Source: Fibrobacter succinogenes subsp. succinogenes S85
Lineage (GTDB): Bacteria; Fibrobacterota; Fibrobacteria; Fibrobacterales; Fibrobacteraceae
Length of the DNA stretch: 32,000 bases
NCBI RefSeq assembly: GCF_000146505.1
Contig: NC_017448.1
Location: 570,001 to 602,000 of the forward strand
Direction: 5' to 3'
The notes under the pieces were generated by a model, which was not told the DNA's origin, made no database searches, and saw only the letters and a program-made list of their open reading frames with translations. The position numbers and the translations under genes are program-made. Shown here in pieces: positions 1 through 9,100 of this stretch (the first letter of the stretch is position 1; each line of letters opens with the position of its first letter).

Positions 1-766
1 TCTTGAAAAGGTGGAACAGGCGCTTGAATTTGACGAAGCCGATGACTTTGAGCCACCTGAGTATATCGCCAAGAAGTTCCGCGACAAGCACGGCAAGCAA
101 GGCCGCTTTGCGTTCATCTTTACCGACATCAAGGAAAACTTTGGCAGCGAATGCGTAAAATTGCACAAAGAACTCCACCAGATTGAAGGTATCGACAACG
201 GGAAATACTTGGTGGCAGGCATCCCGATTACTCGCGCTATTTTCTTGGATAGGATTACAAATAATATCAGTAGACCATTGCAAGTGGGTGGTATTTTAGT
301 GTTTCTGTTCATGCTCGTTTATTATAACCGCTTTAGCCGCGCCTTGTTTACCGCACTTCCGTCTGTATTTGCAGCAAGCTGGTTCCTCGCAGCGCTCAAC
401 GCATTTGACGTGAAGATTTCAGCATACAGCGCACTCGCCTTCCCGATTTTGATTGGAGCAAGCGTCGATGGCTCCCTCCAGTTTTTCTCGGCTTATTACG
501 AGAAGCAAACAGGGACCGCGCTCACAATCCTTAGGGACAAGTTCTTTACGATTTTTCTCTCGCAGATGGCCGCCTTCATCGGTACATACGGCATGCTCGT
601 TTCGTCCCACCCGGGGCTTCGCAGCATGGGCTACGTCTCGTTGACAGGCCTTATCTGCATATTCATTTCCCAATTCACCATCTTCCCCCTCATCGCAGGA
701 TCGCTCGACCAATACCGTCTGAGACAGAAAAGGAAAAAGGAAGCTAAAGATGAAAACGCTTTCTGA
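1..766 (+). CDS. MMPL/RND-superfamily membrane transporter, C-terminal part (5' end lies outside the window)
   Basis: The frame is open from the window edge, with no stop in codons 2-10 before the GTG where the ORF track starts. It has several hydrophobic helices and the segment FPILIGASVDGSLQFF typical of MMPL/SSD-type transporter halves. The stop TGA 764-766 overlaps the next gene by 17 nt. Confidence 0.6.
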   Translation, partial: LEKVEQALEFDEADDFEPPEYIAKKFRDKHGKQGRFAFIFTDIKENFGSECVKLHKELHQIEGIDNGKYLVAGIPITRAIFLDRITNNISRPLQVGGILVFLFMLVYYNRFSRALFTALPSVFAASWFLAALNAFDVKISAYSALAFPILIGASVDGSLQFFSAYYEKQTGTALTILRDKFFTIFLSQMAAFIGTYGMLVSSHPGLRSMGYVSLTGLICIFISQFTIFPLIAGSLDQYRLRQKRKKEAKDENAF

Positions 767-1940
767 TAGAACTCAAAATATTGCAGCATCGCTCACCGTC
801 GCCATCGACACAATGGCAAAACAGATGATCGCAGACGGCAAGGACGTCGTGAGTCTCGGCGCAGGCGAACCCGACTTTGGAACGCCCACCCCCATTCAAG
901 ATGCGGCAATTGATGCTATCCGCGCAGGCAAGACGCGCTATACTGCACCTGTCGGGATTCTTGATGTGCGCAAGGCTGTTGCAAAGAAATTGGAAGAAGA
1001 AAACGGACTCCATTACAATGCATCGCAAATCATCATGACGAGCGGTGCAAAGCACGCCGTGTTCAACGCTCTCGCCGCCCTCATCAATCCGGGTGACGAA
1101 GTGATTATCCCCGCCCCGTACTGGGTCACGTATCCGGAACTTGTGAAGTGGCTCGGCGGTACGCCGGTGTTTGTTGAAGCCGGCATTGAAAAGAACTTCA
1201 AGATTGATGCCGAAGATTTGCGCAAGGCTTGCACGCCGCGCACGAAGGCAATTCTCTTGAACAATCCGTGCAACCCGACTGGCGCCGTTTACAGCAAGAG
1301 AGAACTTGAAGCATTGGCAAAGGAAATTGTAGCACAGGACATCTACTGCATCTCGGACGAAGTTTACGAATACTTTGTCTACGATACTGAGTTTACGAGC
1401 GCAGCAGTATTCCCCGGCATGGCAGAACGTACAATTGTGATTAACGGCTTTTCGAAGTCTCACTGCATGACCGGCTGGAGAATCGGTTACGATGCCGCCC
1501 CCGCCCCGATTGCAAAAATCATCGGAAAAATCCAGGGACAGGCCACGCACCACCCGAGCAATGTCGCACAGTACGCCGCACTCGGCGCTCTGAACATGGA
1601 CAAGAGCAATGTTCATGCCATGCAGGCAGCCTTCCGCAAGCGCAGAGCCTACATGCTTGAACGCACTTCGTTCCTCTCGACCAAGCCGCGCGCACCCGAA
1701 GGCGCATTCTACCTTTTTGCACCGGTGAGCGATTACTACGGGAAAAAGACTCCGGACGGCAAGGTGATTGCAGGCTCGATTGATTTTTGCAGCGCACTTT
1801 TGGAAAGCAAGGGACTTGCGATTGTGCCAGGCGCCGCCTTTGGCGACGACACATGCGTTAGATTCTCGTACGCCGCAAGCGATGAAAATCTTGCGAAGGC
1901 TTGCGACCGCTTTGAAGCATTCGTGAAAGAACTCTCGTAA
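750..1940 (+). CDS. Class I PLP-dependent aminotransferase (aspartate aminotransferase-like)
   Basis: 396 aa. It has the motifs NNPCNPTG and SKSHCMTGWRIGY (PLP-lysine motif) and ends in RFSYA. A purine-rich stretch (aaaggaaaaaggaag) precedes the ATG at 750. Confidence 0.85.
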   Translation: MKTLSDRTQNIAASLTVAIDTMAKQMIADGKDVVSLGAGEPDFGTPTPIQDAAIDAIRAGKTRYTAPVGILDVRKAVAKKLEEENGLHYNASQIIMTSGAKHAVFNALAALINPGDEVIIPAPYWVTYPELVKWLGGTPVFVEAGIEKNFKIDAEDLRKACTPRTKAILLNNPCNPTGAVYSKRELEALAKEIVAQDIYCISDEVYEYFVYDTEFTSAAVFPGMAERTIVINGFSKSHCMTGWRIGYDAAPAPIAKIIGKIQGQATHHPSNVAQYAALGALNMDKSNVHAMQAAFRKRRAYMLERTSFLSTKPRAPEGAFYLFAPVSDYYGKKTPDGKVIAGSIDFCSALLESKGLAIVPGAAFGDDTCVRFSYAASDENLAKACDRFEAFVKELS

Positions 1941-1952
1941 TAAGGAATTGCG

Positions 1953-4016
1953 ATGTTCCCATTCCGCCTCGTCAATCCAGACCCATCGAAACCGTTTACC
2001 ATCGGGCGCAAATCGGATAACGTTTTGCAATTCGACAACCTGATGGTTTCGAGGTATCATGCGGTTCTGAATTTTACGGACGGCAAATGGATTTTGCAAA
2101 GCTTGACCCAGAACAGTATCACGATGCTGAACGGGAAAGACGTGACGACCGCCGTGATAAACGATGGCGACGTGATACTCATTGGGCCGAGGCAGTTGCG
2201 AGCGACACTCCGTGGCGCGGATTTGACGCTTTTGATTATGGAGCGCGAAACGGAAAGCGATATGCAGACCGTAACGCTTTCAACGGAATGGAGAGAAATT
2301 GAAATTCCTGGAATCGGGAAAGCACGCGCTTCTAAAAATGCCCGCGAAAATCGCGCCGAAATCAAGTTTGCGAAAGCGATTGTAGACGAGAGCGGCAAAC
2401 GCACACGCACGATTACGATTGCAAGCGGTGACGCCAGCCGTTTTGAATCAGCCGTGGTCGGGTTCCGCAACAATGATTTACTGATTGAAGCGCAAAATTC
2501 GGGTTTTGACGTTTTCGCGCAAAACGTGAATGTTTTCGCAGGCAAAAAGCAATTACTGAAAGGGATTGATTTTGAACTCCCCGCCGGCGAAATTCTTGCA
2601 ATTATCGGGCGATCCGGACAAGGCAAGTCTTCGCTTCTGAAGATGATTCAAGGCATAAACAGTTGCGACAAGCAGAGCATTGTGCGCATCGGCGGTGTCG
2701 ATTACCGCAAAAACGAGATTCGCAGACGCATCGCGATATTGCCGCAAGACCCGCCGCTCCGCCCGGAGCTGACCGTCGAGGAAACCATTCTCGACGGAGC
2801 GCGTTCGTCAATGGACGTGCGAAACTTCAAGCAAGATGCTCTTGCGCGACTCGAAAAGTTCTGCGAACTTTTCGGGCTGAGCGGACGCAAGCATAACCTC
2901 GTGAAGACGCTCAGCGGCGGCGAAATGCGCCGCGTCGCGCTCGCACGCGAGCTCATGGGCAATCCGGGCCTCGTGATTCTCGACGAACCGCTCTCGGGTC
3001 TTGATCCGTACAATTCAAGAATCCTTTGCACGCACTTGAAGCAGCTAGCGTTCCTCGGTCATACGATTATCCTCACGACTCACAGCTACGAAGCGTTGCA
3101 GATTGCAAATAAAGTTCTCGTACTGCACCAGGGCGAAGAAGCGTTCTTCGGGACTGTTCAGGCCGCATACGCGCACTTCAACACGAACGACCCGCAAGCG
3201 CTCCTCACGAGCATCACACAAAGCAAGGCTGCGGAATTTCACGAGAGCTACAAGCACGAGCAAAAAGTGCGCGACAGCAAATATTACTTTGAACGCACCA
3301 AGCTCCCCCACAATTTCGCCTACACTGTGCGCATCACCGCCAAGCAGTGGTTCCGCGACAAAGGCCGCATTGCAGCGCTTTTTGTGCAACCCGCGATTAT
3401 CGGATTTTTGCTCTCGCAAATATTCTCCGATCAAAGTTCACTCTGGACCGTCGCCTTTGCGATTATCCTTTGTGCAAACTGGTTTGCGCTCTCGCTTTCT
3501 ATCCGTGAAATCGTGCAGGAGAAAGACATTCTCCGCGACAAGTTCCGCCGAGGCGTTTCTGCAATCTCGACGCTAACCGCCAAATGCACGCTCCCCATCA
3601 TTTTCACGATGATGCAGACGGCAATCGTCTATGCGTTTATCAGTACCCGCATTACCCCCCACCCCCAAATTGCGCTTATCGCCTGCGTTTTCGCCTGCAT
3701 CGCGGTCCCCGCAACCACCGTCGGGCTTTTCACGAGTACACTCGCCAAGAACACGAGCCAGGCAAATGCCTTCTTGCCGCTCCTCATCATCCCGCAAGTC
3801 GCCCTCGCCGGAGCCCTCGTGCCGCTTGACCAAATGCAGCCCATTGGCCGCGCGCTTTCGAGCGTCATCTGGTCGCGCTACAACCAAGCTTCGCTCCTCA
3901 ACATTTTGCTAGAACGAAAAGACGACATTTTCAACACGATTTTCGCCATCGCGATCGCGCTTAGTTTCTATATTGTAACTGCAATTTTACTACACAAATT
4001 AAAGAAGCCAAGATGA
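1953..4016 (+). CDS. FHA-domain-containing ABC transporter (FHA + ATPase + ABC-2-type permease in one polypeptide)
   Basis: The N-terminus carries an FHA signature (TIGRKSDNVLQFDNLMVSRYHAVL...NGKDV...GDVILIG). It has Walker A GRSGQGKSS, ABC signature LSGGEMRR, Walker B LVILDEP and H-loop TTHS. The C-terminal ~250 aa contain multiple TM helices. It starts 12 nt after the aminotransferase stop. Confidence 0.85.
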   Translation: MFPFRLVNPDPSKPFTIGRKSDNVLQFDNLMVSRYHAVLNFTDGKWILQSLTQNSITMLNGKDVTTAVINDGDVILIGPRQLRATLRGADLTLLIMERETESDMQTVTLSTEWREIEIPGIGKARASKNARENRAEIKFAKAIVDESGKRTRTITIASGDASRFESAVVGFRNNDLLIEAQNSGFDVFAQNVNVFAGKKQLLKGIDFELPAGEILAIIGRSGQGKSSLLKMIQGINSCDKQSIVRIGGVDYRKNEIRRRIAILPQDPPLRPELTVEETILDGARSSMDVRNFKQDALARLEKFCELFGLSGRKHNLVKTLSGGEMRRVALARELMGNPGLVILDEPLSGLDPYNSRILCTHLKQLAFLGHTIILTTHSYEALQIANKVLVLHQGEEAFFGTVQAAYAHFNTNDPQALLTSITQSKAAEFHESYKHEQKVRDSKYYFERTKLPHNFAYTVRITAKQWFRDKGRIAALFVQPAIIGFLLSQIFSDQSSLWTVAFAIILCANWFALSLSIREIVQEKDILRDKFRRGVSAISTLTAKCTLPIIFTMMQTAIVYAFISTRITPHPQIALIACVFACIAVPATTVGLFTSTLAKNTSQANAFLPLLIIPQVALAGALVPLDQMQPIGRALSSVIWSRYNQASLLNILLERKDDIFNTIFAIAIALSFYIVTAILLHKLKKPR

Positions 4017-5518
4017 TACGTCCAGAACAACCGCTAAATTTTCCGTACCCCTTTAACGAAAACTACGAACTATTGGGAACGCTCGGCAAAGGCGGAATGG
4101 GCTATGTCTACAAGGCCCTCGATAAAAGGCTGAACCGCGAAGTCGCCTTCAAGATACTCGACTCCACCTCCGATGTCGAAGCCATCAAGCGTTTCTATCT
4201 CGAAGCGCAGGCCATGAAGGAGCTCGACCACCAAAACATCGTTCACGTGTTCGACTTTGGCCAGCAGGGCAACCAGCTCTTTATTTCGATGACTTACGTG
4301 CAAGGTATTTCGCTTGCCGAAATTTTGCAAAACAAGAGCAAACTTTCCTTTGAGGCCATTGAAGTCATCATCAAGCAAATTGCACGCGGTCTCCTTTACG
4401 CGCACAGCAAGGGCATCGTCCACCGCGACGTGAAGCCATCAAACATCATGCTCACGCGCGACAACCGCGTCTACATCATGGACTTTGGCATTTCATACAT
4501 CCAGGAGATGGAAAAGGAACGCCTCACCCGCACCGGCATGACCATGGGTACGCCCGAATACATGTCGCCCGAACAGTGCCACGGTGACGAAGTCACGCTC
4601 CAGTCCGACATTTATAGCATGGGCGTGATCCTTTACGAAATGACTTGCGGACGTTTGCCGTTCGAAGGCAGCCGCCCTGTGGAAATTGCGCTCAAGCACG
4701 TGCAGGAACCGCCTCCGGCTCCGGAACTTTTCCGCGAAGATATCCCGGACGGACTTTCGGCGCTCATCCTCAAGTGCCTCAAGAAAAAGCTGAACGAACG
4801 CTTCCACGACATGCAGGAATTCTTGGACGAATGCGACCAGGTATTCCCGCAGCACGACACACCGTATCAGAATTCTTCTGTCGGTCGCAAGACCGGCAGC
4901 CACCGCAGCGTTCCTTCCATTGCAGAAGCGGCCAAGCGATTCGGCAGCAACCTCACTCCGCACAAACTCATCATTGTTGCGTTCTCGGTGCTGTTCCCGC
5001 TCATCGTGATTTTACTCATGCTCCTCATGTTCACGCACAAACCGCAGAACATGTTGCATGAAGTTGAATGGAGCGAGGTCATCGCAAACTACGAAACGAG
5101 AGCCATCGAGCCCGAAATGAAAAAGGGTTACCCGATTGAGAACTTGACTGACGGCGACCTCACCACGGCATGGCTCAACAAGATGCCGCTCAAGCCGTTG
5201 AACCCGGTGCTCGCCATGTACTTTGACCAGAACACGCTCATCACGAACATCGGCATTGCTGTTGGCTACCAGAAGTCCGTAGATGACGCTTTCGGCGACC
5301 GCTTCCGCATTTTCAAGAAACCGCACACGCTCACCATTGAGACAAAGGACGGATTCAAGCAACGCATCAAGCTCGAAAATATTAGGGGAATGCAGTACCC
5401 GAACATTCAGGCTGTTGAAACGACGGAGCTCCGGTTCTACCTTGAAGACGTTTACGAAGCTGACAACGACGACTACGCTATTTCGGAAATCCGCTTGCTT
5501 GGGATGGAAGTGGAGTAG
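4013..5518 (+). CDS. Hanks-type Ser/Thr protein kinase with a single TM and an extracytoplasmic discoidin/galactose-binding-like domain
   Basis: It has G-loop GKGGMGYVY, the lysine in VAFKIL, catalytic loop HRDVKPSNIM, DFG, and GTPEYMSPEQ. The TM helix is LIIVAFSVLFPLIVILLMLLMF. The C-terminus has ENLTDGDLTTAW...ISEIRLLG (domain call is inferred). The ATG overlaps the upstream stop as ATGA at 4013-4016. Confidence 0.9.
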   Translation: MIRPEQPLNFPYPFNENYELLGTLGKGGMGYVYKALDKRLNREVAFKILDSTSDVEAIKRFYLEAQAMKELDHQNIVHVFDFGQQGNQLFISMTYVQGISLAEILQNKSKLSFEAIEVIIKQIARGLLYAHSKGIVHRDVKPSNIMLTRDNRVYIMDFGISYIQEMEKERLTRTGMTMGTPEYMSPEQCHGDEVTLQSDIYSMGVILYEMTCGRLPFEGSRPVEIALKHVQEPPPAPELFREDIPDGLSALILKCLKKKLNERFHDMQEFLDECDQVFPQHDTPYQNSSVGRKTGSHRSVPSIAEAAKRFGSNLTPHKLIIVAFSVLFPLIVILLMLLMFTHKPQNMLHEVEWSEVIANYETRAIEPEMKKGYPIENLTDGDLTTAWLNKMPLKPLNPVLAMYFDQNTLITNIGIAVGYQKSVDDAFGDRFRIFKKPHTLTIETKDGFKQRIKLENIRGMQYPNIQAVETTELRFYLEDVYEADNDDYAISEIRLLGMEVE

Positions 5519-5558
5519 TTGGCAGTTGGCAGTAGGAAGTAGACAGTAGGCAGTAAGC
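5517..5558. repeat. Degenerate heptanucleotide tandem repeat, 6 units (AGTTGGC AGTTGGC AGTAGGA AGTAGAC AGTAGGC AGTAAGC)
   Basis: Read directly from the sequence. It begins inside the TAG stop codon of the kinase gene (5516-5518) and ends 18 nt before the yraN ATG. Confidence 0.8.
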
Positions 5559-5576
5559 TGCTGAAAAGAGGGGAAA

Positions 5577-5993
5577 ATGCAAAAAAGGATTGTACAAAGA
5601 TCCTGCAATCGCGCTAAGGGAAATTTTATAGAGACGCAGGCGGTGGCATTCCTGATGCGCGAAGGCTACCAAGTTGTCACCCGTAATTACGCTTACCATG
5701 GCGGAGAACTCGACATTGTCGCCCGCGATAACGGGACTCTCGTTTTTGTTGAAGTCAAGTCTGTTTGGAATAACCAGGAAGGGAACCCTGCCGCACGTGT
5801 GAACGCTCTCAAGCAAAAGAAGATTTGGCAAACCGCTTGCCATTTCTTGGCAACGCAAAAAACAATTGCCCCTAAGGGCTTTGACACTCCTTGCCGTTTC
5901 GATGTTCTGAGCGCCCGCGCCTACCAAGAACCGCTCCAGTTTGCGCACATCAAAAACGCCTTTGAAGGCAATCAAGTCATTCCCAATATCTAG
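5577..5993 (+). CDS. yraN: YraN-family (UPF0102) endonuclease-like protein
   Basis: 138 aa. It has E..A..FL...G......NY....GELDIVA......VFVEVK, characteristic of YraN. The RBS aagagggga precedes the ATG. Confidence 0.75.
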   Translation: MQKRIVQRSCNRAKGNFIETQAVAFLMREGYQVVTRNYAYHGGELDIVARDNGTLVFVEVKSVWNNQEGNPAARVNALKQKKIWQTACHFLATQKTIAPKGFDTPCRFDVLSARAYQEPLQFAHIKNAFEGNQVIPNI

Positions 5994-6170
5994 TCTCGCC
6001 TTTAACAGCGCAGAAACCACATACAACATTTCAGCACGTTTGTAAAAAGAGAGTTACACAACAAGAGCTAAAGCGCTGCACAGCAAGCATCGTCTTAATT
6101 GGAGTATCGTAATTTATCTAAATTGCGTTAAAAAGTACTCTTTTAAAAAGCATTTTTGTTTTTTATAAAT

Positions 6171-9100
6171 ATGAATTTGAAAACAGTTAAAATATCTCGC
6201 TCTAGCCTTTGTGCCTCCCTGTTCGGGTTGTTCTTCCTTGTTTCCTGTGCCGGTAACAACACACCAGAAGTTAACCCTTCGCCCACGCCAGAAATTTCCG
6301 AATCGACGGACGCTTATTACGACGATGAATCCTCTACAGATTACGTCACCGAAGAAGCGCCCGCCACGGTAGCCACCGGTGGAACTATCGAAACGAGCGG
6401 CTACACGTTTACCGCACCCGACAACGGTTGGACAATTATCGGTGGCGAAGACAATGCCCCGTACGAATTCTACAATCCGAAAACGGGACGCCGAGCCGTC
6501 CTCGTGGAAGTGATGCTTCCCGAAGGTGAACCGCTCCGCCTCATGGACCGCGCCCAGATCGAAATGCAGTCATTCGAATCAAGCGGTAAAAAGGCGACAC
6601 TCGCAGAAACATACCCGGAAGAAGCATTCGGCACGACAGGCGCATTCTTTGATGTCGCCGGCAAGCGTTACGACACGCCTTACGAAGCCGTCGGTCTCGT
6701 GATTGGCGCAGGGAACCGCATCTTTACACTTACTCTCGCGGCAACAGATACGCAACTCCCCGCAGGCACACTCAAACAGGAATGGAAAGACTTCTATGCA
6801 TCATTCAAACTGAAAGAAGTTGTCCAGGAAGCCGTTTCTGAACTTTCCGAAGAACGCATCATGCAGTACTCCAGCGCAGACCTCGGATACTCCTGGAGCA
6901 CAAGCGATACGCTTTGGCACAACTGGACCGGAGTCGCCCGCCAAAACGAAGACCCGGATTTAGTGCTCAGCAACAAGAAAGAAGATATTTCGCTGTTTGT
7001 ATATGGCGCCATCGTCCCGAGCGACGAAGTCAGCCAGCAAGACATGTTCAAGGTCCTCCTCAGCCGTCTTGGACTTTCCATGAACGAACCGAGCTTTGAA
7101 GTCCAGCGAGTCAAGGTCGGCGACCGCTACGCCCAGGAATTCACGCTCACCCACGTCGTCAATAAATTTGACTTCTATTATACAGGCCGATTCTATTACG
7201 ATAACGGTCGAGGAATCTTGATTGCCACCTGGACCCAGGGCATCAACAAGAAGAAATATGCCTCTGTGATGAAAAATGCAGTCAACAGCCTCAAGGTCGG
7301 CGCGATGCCCAAAATGGCAAGCGACGAAGAAGCCCGCAAAAAGCAGAACAAGTTCAACGCAGCCGTCATGAGCCAAGTCGGTATTCTCCGTTTGCTTGAA
7401 GACCAGCCGTTTGTCGCCCTCAGCTACTTTGAACGCGCTAACAAGATGGACCCGGAAGAACCGCTCTATTTAATTAACTGCGGATTCGTTTACCAGATGA
7501 AGGAACTTTACGGCCCGGGCATCAGCTATTTCACAAGCCAGATTGATCTTGTACGCAAGAACGGCAAGTTGCTCTCCATTCTCGGTGAAATGTACGAAGC
7601 ATTGTTCGACTACGGCCACGCCCGCGAATGTGCCGAAGCGGCCCTCCGTTACACGCCGAACAATCCGGAATACGTCATCAACTTGAGCGACGCTCTCTGG
7701 GGTTTGGGACAGCGCCACCAGTCCCTCATTGTGGTGCAACGCCTCTATGACACGCAGCCAAGCTCCCGTCTGGGCGTTTACCTCGCCAAGACTTACATGG
7801 GTCTTGACCAGTACGCCGAAGCCGTCGATATCTTGTACGCTATCCGTGGCCGCTTTGGCATGAGCAAGGAACTTGGCGAAACCCTCATGGACGCTTTGAT
7901 GTTCCTCGGCCGCTACGAAGAAGCCCGCGCCATTAGCGACGAAACGCTCGCCAAGGCCAAGAACGATTATAAAGTCTGGACAATGCACGGCAAGATTTTG
8001 TTCTACAGCCGCAATTACCGCGATGCCGAAAAGGCGCTCACCAAGGCTCTCGCCCTCAAGCCGGATAACGAAGATGCCAAGAGCTTCCTTTCCGCCACTA
8101 AGGCTTACCTCGGCAAGGCTGACAACCGCACACTCCAAAAGCCGATTACCCCGGTGGAAGACCGCACCGCAGACTTGAAGACTCTTCTCCGCCCGCAGGC
8201 CAAGCAGAACGCCATCGAAGGCGACTTCCCTGCCGTAATTCATTACCAAAAGGAATCCCTCAAGGCCGAAAAGAACGCCAACTGGGTCCGCAGCGAAGAA
8301 ATGCTCCTCGAAGTTCTGGACCAGCGCGGCGCCGCCATTTATCGTGAATTCACGTTTGACTTTTTGCCGGGCTACGACCGCATTTTCTTGAACGCGCTCG
8401 AAGTTTACGACAGCAACTGGAAACTCAAGCAGAAGGCAACACTCAACGGAGCCTATATCACATACGCTACAGAAATTGGTGGTGGTAACGAAAGCCAGAC
8501 TGCCCACTTCCCGCTTTCGGAACTTGCTCCGGGTGACTTTATCTACATGCAATTCAGCCGCACGAATCTCGAAAACAAGGGCATGATTCCGTACACGAAC
8601 TACGAAAGCAGCCGCGATGTACCGGTCGGAGAATCTGTATTCCGCATTTACGCCGACACGACCCGATTTGTCACCGAAGAATACGGTCCGCTCGAAAAGA
8701 CAGCCATCAAGGGTGGCATTGAATGGAAGATTGAAAACCCGGTCATTGTCCGCAAGGAACTTTATATGCCGGTGTACCGCGACTTCGGCGCAGGCCTCAT
8801 GCTCACAGGCAAGCAGGAATGGCGCGACGTTGGTGACGATTACCAGAACCTCATCAGCCATCAGTTCAAGAAGGCAGTCAAGGTTCGCGAACAAGCTTTT
8901 GAAGTGCGTGGCAACAAGATTGGCGATGAAGCAGTCAAGGCCATAATCAACTTTGTCCGTCAGGACATCCGTTACCGCGATGTGCGATTCGGCGGCCACA
9001 GCCTGATTCCGCAGACCGCAGAAGTCACGCTCAAGGAACACCGTGGTGACTGCAAGGACATGGCACTTTTGCTCAAGGACATGCTTGATGCCATTGGCGT

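Noticed and set aside
744-2099. Long antisense ORFs in the six-frame track. Examples: 744-2099 (-), 2057-2626 (-), 5012-5608 (-), 5478-6029 (-), 7470-9149 (-), 16280-17770 (-), 22266-23390 (-), 25716-26729 (+), 29604-30326 (+).
   Set aside because: Each lies entirely opposite a CDS with clear family motifs. Each has a Cys/Arg/His-rich or otherwise non-protein-like composition, with no recognisable motifs. They are typical shadow ORFs.
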